From: a virus
Strand: one strand, 5' to 3'
DNA: 64,000 bases
IMG/VR virus record: IMGVR_UViG_3300023174_000124
Coordinates: 20,860-84,859 of that record
Both the position numbers and the translations under genes were made by a program. Of this stretch, positions 9,207-18,783 are shown in pieces. Position 1 is the stretch's first letter. Every line of letters begins with the position of its first letter. The notes under the pieces are model-generated. The model was not told the origin of the DNA. It did not search any database and worked only from the letters and a program-made list of their open reading frames with translations.

Positions 9207-10370
9207 ATGGCAAATTCATTATCTTTAAGAATTACTAATATCGGATCTTCATCTTCAATATATATAAGTGATATACATGATGGTAAAGATCAAAATGGTC
9301 GTGTCAATAATCGTAAACCATATCAATATGTACCAGCTAATGGTTCAGTAGTAGTGTTATTTACAGAACAAGTGAAGTATAGTTATGAGAATGGTGCAAT
9401 AAGATCATTTATAGATCAAGGTTTAATTGAGACCTTTTTTGTTATGGGGGAAGTAAATCTCTTAAGTACAGATGAAGATGGCAGTTATAAACTCAATGTG
9501 TCTTATGAAGGTAATACTTTTTATTTGAGAGATAACACTAATAGTGATGTTGGTACAAATATTAATGTAAAAGCAGGTAATTCTGTAGATGAAACAGGTG
9601 GAGACATTCAACTACAAGGTGGGAACTCGGACAATAATAATGGTGGTTATATAGGATTGACAGGTGGTGAAGGAACAAATGGTGGTACTGTGACCATATA
9701 TGGTGGTCGAGGTAGTACAGGAACTGCAGGTAATATTACTTTAGCAGCAGGGGATAAACCTACAGGTAATGGTGGTAGTGTAAATATATATGGGGGTCCT
9801 GCTTGGGTAGCAGGTGCAGAAGCAGGTGGTGTGAATATATATGGAGGTAATTCTATTACCACAGGTGAAGCTAGTATTAGTGGTTCAATTTTAATAGAAG
9901 CAGGTGGTATCGGTAATCCTGGTGTAGGTGGTTGGGTAAATACAGGTGGGGATGTCACAATTAAATCAGGTTTAGGGAATGGTGGTGGTCATAGTTCAGG
10001 TGATGTTATATTAGAACCTGTAGCTGGAGCAGGTGGTGCAAGTGATGGTAAAGTAGTCATTAAAAACTATGATGATGGTATCTTAGTGGTTTCGGGAGAA
10101 GATGTTATATCAAGTCCTTATGGTAGATTAGCATTTGTTATTAATGATGGGCAACATGGTACAAGTGTTGTATTAAATAGTAGTTTAATAACAGCAACAA
10201 GTCCTATTCTTGTAACAGTAGAATATCCTGAAGTATTAAATTTAACATTAGATAAAGCACCATATATAGCATCAAGAGTAAATGGTGTTAGTGCAACGAT
10301 TAAATTTGATTTAAATAATCAGAGTGGTGCACAAAGAACTTGTGCGATAAATTATATGATACTTGTTTAA
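9207..10370 (+). CDS. Glycine-rich fibre-like virion protein
   Basis: Repeated GG(D/S/T)V(N/T)IxGG units; N-domain shared with 7800. Confidence 0.65.
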   Translation: MANSLSLRITNIGSSSSIYISDIHDGKDQNGRVNNRKPYQYVPANGSVVVLFTEQVKYSYENGAIRSFIDQGLIETFFVMGEVNLLSTDEDGSYKLNVSYEGNTFYLRDNTNSDVGTNINVKAGNSVDETGGDIQLQGGNSDNNNGGYIGLTGGEGTNGGTVTIYGGRGSTGTAGNITLAAGDKPTGNGGSVNIYGGPAWVAGAEAGGVNIYGGNSITTGEASISGSILIEAGGIGNPGVGGWVNTGGDVTIKSGLGNGGGHSSGDVILEPVAGAGGASDGKVVIKNYDDGILVVSGEDVISSPYGRLAFVINDGQHGTSVVLNSSLITATSPILVTVEYPEVLNLTLDKAPYIASRVNGVSATIKFDLNNQSGAQRTCAINYMILV

Positions 10371-10372
10371 TA

Positions 10373-10843
10373 TTATTTCTTTTCCAAAAAGAGAATACTG
10401 TTATTTAAGAATTTAGGTAGCTCTCTATGAAGTTTATCTTTCACACCTTTTGCACCATATAGACTAGCAATATCCATTTCTTCTGATTTGCCAAATCTAG
10501 CAGTACCTTCTTTGAAGTATAATGCAATACTTACTGACATAGAAAAATTTCCACGATCTTCTGAATCATCTTGGAAATGTGCTATAAATTTCCAAGTATT
10601 AACAGGTTGTCTTGAAAACTCTGTTTGTGCAGGTAAAGAAAAAAGAATAATAACGGTATGTTCTTCTTTACCATATTTATTTTTCATACCTTCATCAAAT
10701 TTAATAATACTACCACCAATGTCTTTAACAGCATCTTTTAAACCTTGTTTAAAATTTGCCACTGCAGGTTTTAATAATGACTCTAAAAAAGCTATTCTTT
10801 TTTCAAGTTGTGCGATTTTGATTTCTGTTGCATTACGGTACAT
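10373..10843 (-). CDS. Hypothetical protein
   Basis: AAGGAG RBS; starts MYRNA-TEIKIAQLEKRIA. Confidence 0.7.
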   Translation of the reverse strand: MYRNATEIKIAQLEKRIAFLESLLKPAVANFKQGLKDAVKDIGGSIIKFDEGMKNKYGKEEHTVIILFSLPAQTEFSRQPVNTWKFIAHFQDDSEDRGNFSMSVSIALYFKEGTARFGKSEEMDIASLYGAKGVKDKLHRELPKFLNNSILFLEKK

Positions 10844-10894
10844 AATGACTCCTTTTTAAAATGAGATTTATACTTAAGGATAAGTATAAATGTT

Positions 10895-11326
10895 TTATTT
10901 AACACCATTTACAGCATCATCTGCTGTAAATTGATCTTTAGTTCCACCATCATATGACTTGGCAAAACCTTTTTCAATCATCAATTCACTTAAAGTCTTA
11001 GGTGCAGGTTGCCATTGGTCATCTAATGTCCAAATATCAGCCAAAGCACGACCATATTTATCAGGTTTATGACTCTTTAAGAGGACTTTCTTATCAAGAG
11101 CTTGTTCTCTGATAAAATCTCTACTAGCAATAGCGAGTTTCTTAACTGATTCATCTTCTGATTTCATTTCAGCAGTATCAATACCCATAAGACGAACTTT
11201 AGTTCTAATAGTTAAACTAAAACCAAGATCAATAGTAACTGTTAAAGTATCACCATCATATACTTCTAAAACATCAGCATAGTAAGTATAAGGTGAAGGG
11301 GGTAAGGTAGCTTTCTTTTTAGCCAT
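10895..11326 (-). CDS. Thermonuclease (SNase-like) family nuclease
   Basis: VYDGDT, VRLMGIDTAE, DKYGRALA, GFAKSYDGG motifs. Confidence 0.9.
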   Translation of the reverse strand: MAKKKATLPPSPYTYYADVLEVYDGDTLTVTIDLGFSLTIRTKVRLMGIDTAEMKSEDESVKKLAIASRDFIREQALDKKVLLKSHKPDKYGRALADIWTLDDQWQPAPKTLSELMIEKGFAKSYDGGTKDQFTADDAVNGVK

Positions 11327-11335
11327 GATATATTC

Positions 11336-11635
11336 TCAACTTTCAAGTAAGTGTTTATATGCTTCGTCAATAAGGAGAGCAGCATTATCAAGATTTCTAA
11401 GTGCTGTCTTAATATGTTCGTTAGAGTCTTCTTGTGAAATATTAATTCCACCTACATTAGTTTGTAATAAACTACCTGGTCCACTATAACCTAAAGAATT
11501 TCTAATTTGCATAAGGCTTAATTTCATTTGATAGACTTTAGCGATAGCTTCTTTAACATCTTTGGTCTTAGCTTTTTTAAGCATTGCTTTCTTGATAAAA
11601 TATTGCTTATTCATAATATCTCTCCTTATAAACAT
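11336..11635 (-). CDS. Hypothetical protein (likely start MNKQ; IKKAMLKKA tag)
   Basis: GGAG precedes the internal Met; shared N-terminal motif. Confidence 0.65.
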   Translation of the reverse strand: MFIRRDIMNKQYFIKKAMLKKAKTKDVKEAIAKVYQMKLSLMQIRNSLGYSGPGSLLQTNVGGINISQEDSNEHIKTALRNLDNAALLIDEAYKHLLES

Positions 11636-11647
11636 ATGAGATATAAA

Positions 11648-11962
11648 CTATTTAATAATAGCAAATTGTTGTCTAAATACTTCAATAGGACTATTAGAAC
11701 TTCTTCTAATAGCCCATTCTACAAAATGATCTCCTACAACAAATCCTGTACTAAATTTCTCACCAACATAATAATAACCTACACTGTCTTTAATAGGTAC
11801 TCTTTCAGACATACCCACACGATATTTACCTTTATTTTTATCATCAGCATAAAAACTATAAGTGATGCTATAAGGGTCAAAAGGTCTATTTTTATCATCA
11901 GTAATGATAATCTTTAAGTCCCATTTATTAGGTGTGTCACCTTGTTTAAATATTACAGCCAT
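11648..11962 (-). CDS. Ig-like structural protein, paralog of the 5725 N-domain
   Basis: MAVIFKQG..DLKI..ITYSFY..VGYYY vs MSVVFKRG..DLDL..ITYAIY..VGEYY. Confidence 0.7.
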   Translation of the reverse strand: MAVIFKQGDTPNKWDLKIIITDDKNRPFDPYSITYSFYADDKNKGKYRVGMSERVPIKDSVGYYYVGEKFSTGFVVGDHFVEWAIRRSSNSPIEVFRQQFAIIK

Positions 11963-11989
11963 TTTCTATCTCCTCTATATTGAGATAGA

Positions 11990-12139
11990 TTATAAACCTT
12001 TTAGAAATTCCTCTTTTGTTTCTTTAGTATAACCTAAAGCAAAAGCAATATCCCATAATAGTAGTAGTTCATCGGTGCTTAGACCTTGTTTAACAATAGT
12101 CTTGTTTTCCATAAGTTCTTTAATAGCGAGGACAAACAT
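11990..12139 (-). CDS. Small 49-aa protein missing from the ORF track (MFVLAIKELMENK...EEFLKGL)
   Basis: Hand-translated; starts right after the stop of 12141 and fills the gap to the next promoter region. Confidence 0.55.
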   Translation of the reverse strand: MFVLAIKELMENKTIVKQGLSTDELLLLWDIAFALGYTKETKEEFLKGL

Positions 12140-12140
12140 A

Positions 12141-12449
12141 TTAATCTTCTAAGCCATGTTTTTTAAGAAACTTATAAAGTTCTTTTTTAAATGTTTTTAC
12201 ATTTTCATCAGTGACTTCATCAGGCTTAAAACATAGTTGCTTGTTTTTAGAAATAACGCCATCATCAATGTTAATTCTTTTAATTTTAAATCTTGTTTGA
12301 CCCTTGCTATTAAAGTAGTATTTAACATAGACTTGGTTTAAGAAATTCAATTTACCTTTTTCTTTTAATTTAGGAATAGCGTCTTCAGTGCAAGGTAGCA
12401 TTTCTCTAAGGCAGTCAAATATAGGTTGCATTTTAGGATTAAGTTCCAT
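12141..12449 (-). CDS. Hypothetical protein
   Basis: AAGGA RBS; upstream TGTATAAT box. Confidence 0.7.
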   Translation of the reverse strand: MELNPKMQPIFDCLREMLPCTEDAIPKLKEKGKLNFLNQVYVKYYFNSKGQTRFKIKRINIDDGVISKNKQLCFKPDEVTDENVKTFKKELYKFLKKHGLED

Positions 12450-12481
12450 GTGTATATCCTTTGAATGAAAGTTTCAAAGTA

Positions 12482-12811
12482 TTATACAAAACTTACTTTC
12501 ATACCACGAACAGAATCTATATTAATTGTATATTCTCTTACAAGTCTTTCATCTGCCATATTAGTAGCACTAACTCTTATATATAGAGTATAACCTGCAG
12601 TGCTTTCAGGGATAGTAATAGAAGCCGTCCATGAAGAAGGTTCATCTTCATCGAGGACTTCCATAGCTTGATTAACAAGGAGATTGTTAATAGAGCCATC
12701 ATCATTAAATTTATAGAGTGTATAAACAGCATCTTGGACGAGGATGGGAATACCTTCAGCAGTGGTGAAGAAAACATTATGTGAATAGACATCACCTTCA
12801 TAAATAGCCAT
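12482..12811 (-). CDS. Ig-like small structural protein
   Basis: Beta-rich; distant similarity to 11648 and the 5725 N-domain. Confidence 0.55.
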   Translation of the reverse strand: MAIYEGDVYSHNVFFTTAEGIPILVQDAVYTLYKFNDDGSINNLLVNQAMEVLDEDEPSSWTASITIPESTAGYTLYIRVSATNMADERLVREYTINIDSVRGMKVSFV

Positions 12812-12812
12812 A

Positions 12813-13058
12813 TTATTCTCCGTCTTTACACATATGTGTTAATGCTTTCATAGATCGTATTTCATCAACGAAAGTGAGAGCAGGAACGAGAGCACTTCTG
12901 TTGAAGTATTCTTTTTTAAGTTCTTTAATAGTACCAGAGTCATTGAAAATGAAAAATATTTTTTTACCTTCGACTTCAGTACCTAAAAGAGGAACACCGA
13001 CCGTCTTTAAGAAAGAGGCGAAATATAAGTCGGAGGTTTTATATTTTTCAGTGTTCAT
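12813..13058 (-). CDS. DUF5659-like protein
   Basis: YKTSDLYFASFL..G..L...KIFFIF pattern. Confidence 0.6.
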   Translation of the reverse strand: MNTEKYKTSDLYFASFLKTVGVPLLGTEVEGKKIFFIFNDSGTIKELKKEYFNRSALVPALTFVDEIRSMKALTHMCKDGE

Positions 13059-13264
13059 TTTTGGATACTCTTAACTTGGTCTATAATTTGTTTAGTCTTT
13101 TTGCTTTCTGTGTTATAGACAATTTGATTATCTTTCCATTCAGCAACTTGTTCTCCCCATGTAGCGAGGAGTTTAAGACCATCAGAAACAAAGCATCTAG
13201 ATTCAGATGTAGTTTTATTGAAAAATGCTTGGATAACCTTTTTATCAGCGAGATTCAATTTCAT
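13055..13264 (-). CDS. Small hypothetical protein
   Basis: In operon; ATGA overlap with next gene. Confidence 0.65.
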   Translation of the reverse strand: MKLNLADKKVIQAFFNKTTSESRCFVSDGLKLLATWGEQVAEWKDNQIVYNTESKKTKQIIDQVKSIQK

Positions 13265-13281
13265 AAGATTAAAAATCCTTA

Positions 13282-14013
13282 TTAGGCATTTGGATTGTAA
13301 ACAGTACCGTCACTGTTATAGATAGCGATACAGTTATTAGCAACACCCTTATAGGTGAAGTTATCGGACAACATAACAGACAAAGCACCTTTAGCAGCAG
13401 ATACAGCAATATCACTAGCTAAGACACGATTATTCTTTTCACCTGAGAAGTAATCATCAATATCAATAACAGCGATAGGTGTAAAGATACCATCAGCATT
13501 TTGGACTTGATGACTTGCAGGAAGAGAGAAAACAGCACCTGTTAGAATAGCGAGAATATCAGCAAGTCTAGCAGTAGAAGATCTAAGACCGATACCATTA
13601 AGATCACCACCAGCAGTATTTGCTTGAATGATAGCATTAAGAGCAGCAGTAGTAAGAGTATTGCTTGTTTGCATACGAGCGATAATAGCGAGAGCGATAG
13701 CATTAGCTTCACTAGCGGTAAGTGCATGGTCATCATCAGTTAAAATATCAACATCTGGACCATCAAAGAAAGCACCACCAACGGTAGCGATAAGATAAGC
13801 AGCAAGACCACTAACATTATTTCTAATAGTTCTAGTATTACCATTAGAAGAAGTAGCAACGGTACTATTAGCAGGTTGTGTTAAATAGAAAGGACCCTGA
13901 GGATAAGCATCAATAACAGGGTTAAATTGAGAAGGGTTAGGAAACAAATCTCTAATTTGAAGAGTAGCATTAGGAATGTCATCTCTTGTAACAGTAATAT
14001 AAACGATAGCCAT
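13282..14013 (-). CDS. Putative virion structural protein (paralog of 14032)
   Basis: Ala-rich; RDDI..LQIxDL, YPQGPxYL, GLxAY and C-terminal CxxxYxxDGTV shared. Confidence 0.65.
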   Translation of the reverse strand: MAIVYITVTRDDIPNATLQIRDLFPNPSQFNPVIDAYPQGPFYLTQPANSTVATSSNGNTRTIRNNVSGLAAYLIATVGGAFFDGPDVDILTDDDHALTASEANAIALAIIARMQTSNTLTTAALNAIIQANTAGGDLNGIGLRSSTARLADILAILTGAVFSLPASHQVQNADGIFTPIAVIDIDDYFSGEKNNRVLASDIAVSAAKGALSVMLSDNFTYKGVANNCIAIYNSDGTVYNPNA

Positions 14014-14031
14014 TTTCTATATCTCCTATGA

Positions 14032-14766
14032 TTAAATATCGGCACTAGTGAAAACAGTGCCATCATTAAGATAGATGACACATAAAGGGTTACCATTCCC
14101 ATTAGCTGGGTGGTTAATACCATTTGGATTAACTTCTTGAAGAGAAGGAGTTCTATCAGCACCATAGGAATTAACCACATTGGTGTATTGATATAATTGA
14201 CCTGAAGCAAGACTTTCAACCCAAGCAGTATCTCCTGTTACAAGTCTTCTATCACCTGGAATAGGAAAATTAGAAGAACCTATAAGTAGAGGAACATGGA
14301 CACCACCATCTTCAATAGTGGTATTGGCAGAAACTACAAATTTCTCGCCAGATAATATCTTGATGAGATTTTCAACATCATCCCCATAATGATAATCTCC
14401 GTTAATATCTGCTTGTAAATCTGCTTCGAGGTTATCGAGGTCTTCAGCTGCATATGCTTTATTTACAATATATTCAGCAACTTCAATAGCTTGAGCTAAA
14501 GTTAAAGATGCACCATCATTATCCACTTGTGTAAGAACATAAGCAGTAAGACCTGTGGTTTGGAGAGCGATTTTAATATCGCCTCCAACTGATTTTAATC
14601 TTGGAGCAAGTCTTCCATAACTATTTACATCAATAGGTCTAAGATAGATAGGTCCTTGAGGATAAGGCTCAATGTGGCTTCTAGCTTGAGATTTATTGAA
14701 GTATAAGTCAGTAATCTGGACAGAACCTGCTTGAATATCATCTCTACGGACAACAATATAAGGCAT
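14032..14766 (-). CDS. Putative virion structural protein (paralog of 13282)
   Basis: Same conserved blocks; AGGAG RBS. Confidence 0.65.
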   Translation of the reverse strand: MPYIVVRRDDIQAGSVQITDLYFNKSQARSHIEPYPQGPIYLRPIDVNSYGRLAPRLKSVGGDIKIALQTTGLTAYVLTQVDNDGASLTLAQAIEVAEYIVNKAYAAEDLDNLEADLQADINGDYHYGDDVENLIKILSGEKFVVSANTTIEDGGVHVPLLIGSSNFPIPGDRRLVTGDTAWVESLASGQLYQYTNVVNSYGADRTPSLQEVNPNGINHPANGNGNPLCVIYLNDGTVFTSADI

Positions 14767-14829
14767 TTGAGAACTCCTATTATACTTATTACTAATACAT
14801 TAAAATATATAAATAAAATAAACTCTTTA

Positions 14830-15567
14830 TTAAGAGTGATTAACCATAGCCATTCTTACAGAGAATCTGACTTCACCTACAGTGCCACCCTCAGTAGCAG
14901 TAGGACTACAACCTACAATAATTTCAGGAGCACCACCACCTGTTAAACTGACTTCACTATAAGGTCTAATAATAGTAGGGTTTAGACCTGGATGGAAAGT
15001 AGTATATAATTCTTGGTCAGGGTCAAGATTAGTGATATTGATTGTATGAGAGAAGTAAGGAAGCATAATATCCATACAACCTGCACCCATAGTATCAGGT
15101 TCGGAAGCTAGGATAGGAGCATTACCTGTAAATGTAAAAATAGGGTGAGCAGTGGTGAAGAAATCGTAAGGAGGGACAGCAATAATCGGACCCCATTCGG
15201 AATAAGTAGTAGGGTTATGTTTATATCTACCTCTTAGGCGAACGAATAAAGATTCACCATCGGAAGGGATTCTAGTATCACCTGCGACATAAGTAGTAGC
15301 ATAGTCACCAAGATCAAAAACAAAACGAGTATTGTTTCTTTTAGATTCTTCAGGTTGTATTCTAGTAGTTTCAATAGCAGGTGATTGAAAAGAACCTCCG
15401 ACTCTGACTTCAAACATTAATCTAGGAGCATTAAAAGCAGTATTGACATTACTAGCACCTGAAACTTGAACGATATCAAAACCTCTGAGTAATTCATTAC
15501 GAATACTCATATCAATAAGACCTTTAGAACGATAATTAAAACTAGCGGCTAATCTACCTCTGGACAT
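14830..15567 (-). CDS. Putative structural protein (beta-rich)
   Basis: AAGGAG RBS; composition and context. Confidence 0.55.
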   Translation of the reverse strand: MSRGRLAASFNYRSKGLIDMSIRNELLRGFDIVQVSGASNVNTAFNAPRLMFEVRVGGSFQSPAIETTRIQPEESKRNNTRFVFDLGDYATTYVAGDTRIPSDGESLFVRLRGRYKHNPTTYSEWGPIIAVPPYDFFTTAHPIFTFTGNAPILASEPDTMGAGCMDIMLPYFSHTINITNLDPDQELYTTFHPGLNPTIIRPYSEVSLTGGGAPEIIVGCSPTATEGGTVGEVRFSVRMAMVNHS

Positions 15568-15627
15568 AGAAATTCTCCTTAAAACATAATTGTATATATA
15601 TAGATATTATATAAATCAATTAAGGTC

Positions 15628-16011
15628 TTATTTGCTTTCTTTTTTCACTAGGTCATTATAGCTTTCAGTATTTTTACCTTTAGATTTAGCTAATTTTTGA
15701 GCATCTGACCAGGAATCTACTCTTTCACCATCGACATTGGGGACTAGAGTGACCCCTGGTGCTTCTTTTTTCATTTCATCTTGTTTAATGGTAGCTTTGC
15801 TTCTCCGAGCTTCCATTTGTTTTTTAATACGGCTATTTTTATCACCCCAATCATCGCCTTTAAACATAACTTGGGGCATAGCAGGTATTTTATTACATAT
15901 AGTATCTGGACCACAATCTAAACACACTTCAGGTGTAGAAGATTCTGACATTTTTTTAGTGACTTCAAATTCTAAATCGCACTTAGGGCATTGATATACA
16001 TAAGTAGGCAT
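15628..16011 (-). CDS. FmdB-family zinc-ribbon protein
   Basis: MPTYVYQCPKC..FE..CLDCG..FKGDDW. Confidence 0.85.
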   Translation of the reverse strand: MPTYVYQCPKCDLEFEVTKKMSESSTPEVCLDCGPDTICNKIPAMPQVMFKGDDWGDKNSRIKKQMEARRSKATIKQDEMKKEAPGVTLVPNVDGERVDSWSDAQKLAKSKGKNTESYNDLVKKESK

Positions 16012-16038
16012 AAGATAAACTCCTTTTTGTTAATCACA

Positions 16039-16329
16039 CTATACCGATTTTATTTTTTTTAAAACAGCATAAGTATGTTTACATAATCTGTTTTCACCTT
16101 CAGGGTCAGTCTTTTTAGGTTTAGTAGCAGTGCCTTGAGGTGAACCTAATAAATACCCGTCTGTTTTTGCATGATACTCACAACCTTGATATACCCAGAA
16201 CCCACAAGTACAATTTATAAAGATATTCTTATCTTGATCTACCTCTAAATTAACCTTTTCATCACCTATAGAAAATGTATTTTTAGTACCTCTGCCTTTA
16301 TATTCTCCCTCAACATCTAAAACTTTGCT
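16039..16329 (-). CDS. SWIM zinc-finger domain without own start; -1 frame continuation of 16317..17315
   Basis: Hand translation: SKVLDVEG...INCTCGFWVYQGCEYHA...RLCKHTYAVLKKIKSV*; in-frame TGA at 16342-16344, no ATG; joined by A10 run at 16329-16338. Confidence 0.75.
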   Translation of the reverse strand, partial: SKVLDVEGEYKGRGTKNTFSIGDEKVNLEVDQDKNIFINCTCGFWVYQGCEYHAKTDGYLLGSPQGTATKPKKTDPEGENRLCKHTYAVLKKIKSV

Positions 16330-17315
16330 TTTTTTTTTACTTCAGGATTAAGACCTGACAAGATTTCTTTTTTAAGCATAGCTGTTCTAATCATTTGAGA
16401 AGCTAATCTTTTAGATGGTGGGATATAGTCTTTAATGCCATATTCTAGGGTGTCTACTATATCCATATCAAAAGTCCCATCTTCTTTAATACCTGTATAT
16501 TTGATAACGGACAGCTCACACTTAGGTTTTTTAACATTGTTATTTTTGTAGTATCCTAAGAATTTAACTTTTCTAGGAATGAGATAGAGATACATTTTTT
16601 TATTACTTAAATCCATAACGACTTGAGAAGTGGATTTCATATCTACTTTTTCTTTACTATCTCTTACCATATTTAAAGGATTAAAGGGGTCTTTACCTAC
16701 ACGATATCCATATACTGTGGGTGCTACATCTTCAACATATTGAACTTCTTTTAATTTACGGATAGCTCTATTTCTTCTCATAACAGAACTGTCTCTTTTA
16801 ATCCCTTCTTGATAACCTGCTTCTTCATGATTAATACCATGATTAGTTCTTACATGGATACCACCATTTCTAAGGGTTTTAACAACACAGCCATGTTCTT
16901 TAGTGAGTTCAATAGATTTAGTGGTAGTGCCATCAGATATAAAAGTATGACCTGTTAAGCCACCGAGATAATCACAAATGACACTAACTGCTTCATCTAA
17001 AGTTTTTTGTTGGAGAGCTTTGAGAACTTTTTTAGGGTCTTTGTTTAGGATAACTATTTTAGGGTTAGTGACTCTATTTTTTTCTTTTTCATCATCATTA
17101 ACTGAGAGAGCTGCATTTACAATACCGATACCATATTCATTCATGCCTTCAGTCCACCCTGTGAGTTCATCTTTATAATAAAGAATTTCAACACCATTAA
17201 TAACTTCATGGTAGACTTTCAAAGGGGGCAAGTAATTTCTATCTCTATTTTTAAATAGTACACGACTACCACCCCACTCACCAGTCGCTATAATACAAGC
17301 TTCTTTATTCATCAT
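16317..17315 (-). CDS. Ntn-hydrolase (C45/choloylglycine hydrolase/NAAA-like)
   Basis: CIIA near N-terminus, KNRDR, EGMNEYGI, RTNH motifs. Confidence 0.75.
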   Translation of the reverse strand: MMNKEACIIATGEWGGSRVLFKNRDRNYLPPLKVYHEVINGVEILYYKDELTGWTEGMNEYGIGIVNAALSVNDDEKEKNRVTNPKIVILNKDPKKVLKALQQKTLDEAVSVICDYLGGLTGHTFISDGTTTKSIELTKEHGCVVKTLRNGGIHVRTNHGINHEEAGYQEGIKRDSSVMRRNRAIRKLKEVQYVEDVAPTVYGYRVGKDPFNPLNMVRDSKEKVDMKSTSQVVMDLSNKKMYLYLIPRKVKFLGYYKNNNVKKPKCELSVIKYTGIKEDGTFDMDIVDTLEYGIKDYIPPSKRLASQMIRTAMLKKEILSGLNPEVKKKAKF

Positions 17316-17362
17316 TTTATTAAACTCACTTTATAAACACTAATCTCTAAAACTATATTCAT

Positions 17363-17785
17363 TTATAAAGAATTTATATAAGCATCTATAAGGTTCTTTT
17401 TATCAAACCCATAAATATCATACCATAACATTATTTCTTCAAAATAATCACAATCTGGTTCATTTTGAATATGACTTATAGCAATATAAGTAAATGCTTC
17501 ACCATAAGGTGTTTGAAATTTCATTTTCTTATACCTATTGGGGTATCCTTCTATTCTATCTAAGTTATGTATATCTATATAAGGAATATCCCAAAGTATA
17601 CCTTCAACATAATAGTTTTTATAAGGGATAATAGTAGAAGCACCTCTTCCATGATGTTTTGATGAGACCCCAATAAAACAAATATGGTAGTTATTAAGTT
17701 TATAAACACCTTTGTTTTTAGCTAAGGGGCATCTCTTTAAAAACTTATTTTGATCTATATTAGCCCCATATGCGAAATATAGCAT
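17363..17785 (-). CDS. Gamma-glutamylcyclotransferase (AIG2-like)
   Basis: YFAYGAN, VEGILW, LDRIEGYP..Y motifs. Confidence 0.85.
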   Translation of the reverse strand: MLYFAYGANIDQNKFLKRCPLAKNKGVYKLNNYHICFIGVSSKHHGRGASTIIPYKNYYVEGILWDIPYIDIHNLDRIEGYPNRYKKMKFQTPYGEAFTYIAISHIQNEPDCDYFEEIMLWYDIYGFDKKNLIDAYINSL

Positions 17786-17787
17786 TT

Positions 17788-18783
17788 TTAGATACCTTCT
17801 TGAACATAAAGACCTAAGTTATACTCACATTCAAAAGCAGTTCTAATTAAATTCAATCTAGCAGTTCTACTTTTAGTAAGACTCATGTTCATTATATTTA
17901 ATAATCTTTGTTTTTCTTTATCATCAGCTCTTAGTTTTTGTAGGTAATTAGCAGCACTTTCTCCATATTTATATCTATCACTTAACCACTTAGATAAATC
18001 TATAGTACTTTCTGATATATCTAACAAGGTAGCTAAGATTTTAGGTAAGACATTTGTGCCTGTATATTTAATAGCTTCTAATAGAAATTTGCCCCCAAAT
18101 TGAAGACCTTTCAATAGAAGTTCACCTGCTTGACCTAGACCTTTAAGGAGCATTTTTCCACCTTCTATTAAAACAGGAGTTCCTACTTCTATTGTTTTGT
18201 TTATACCTATAACAAGCCATTTATAACTAGTAGCTAATACTTTGCCTAGTATCACCCCTAAGTTTTTTATTTTCTTTAATCCTGAATTAAGTATTTTTTT
18301 AGCTTTTTTAGGGTTTTTATAGATGAGGTAAGTAATAATAAAAGCTACAATAAAACCTATAGCCCAGGGAGCATAAGCGGTTAGAGTAGCAATAAAAGGA
18401 GTTTGGTGGGCATTTTTTTGAAAGTGTTGAATTAGGGTCTTTTGTAAATCAGGTGGAAGACTGTCTATTAGTTTCTCGACTATTTTTTCATTTCCTTCTT
18501 GAGTCAATTTTGCCATTTCACTAGGACTTATATTTTCTTTAATTATATGATTAATATGAGAAACATTTAATTTGAGAGATTCAGACACAACAAATTCAGA
18601 AGCAAATTTATTGCTATAGTCTTTTCCAATTTCAGATACCCAAAACATTTCATCTGCTGAGTCAAGAGAGGATTTTTTAAAACTATTGTGAATATACCCA
18701 TATTGTAAACTAGCTTTTCTTAACTTATCTCCATTAGGTAGGTTGTAAGATTCCTTGATAAGTGTTCTTAGTATTTTGCTCAT
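17788..18783 (-). CDS. Membrane-segment-containing hypothetical protein
   Basis: TM WAIGFIVAFIITYLIY; LLKG repeats; terminal LIKESY/LIRTAF motifs. Confidence 0.7.
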   Translation of the reverse strand: MSKILRTLIKESYNLPNGDKLRKASLQYGYIHNSFKKSSLDSADEMFWVSEIGKDYSNKFASEFVVSESLKLNVSHINHIIKENISPSEMAKLTQEGNEKIVEKLIDSLPPDLQKTLIQHFQKNAHQTPFIATLTAYAPWAIGFIVAFIITYLIYKNPKKAKKILNSGLKKIKNLGVILGKVLATSYKWLVIGINKTIEVGTPVLIEGGKMLLKGLGQAGELLLKGLQFGGKFLLEAIKYTGTNVLPKILATLLDISESTIDLSKWLSDRYKYGESAANYLQKLRADDKEKQRLLNIMNMSLTKSRTARLNLIRTAFECEYNLGLYVQEGI

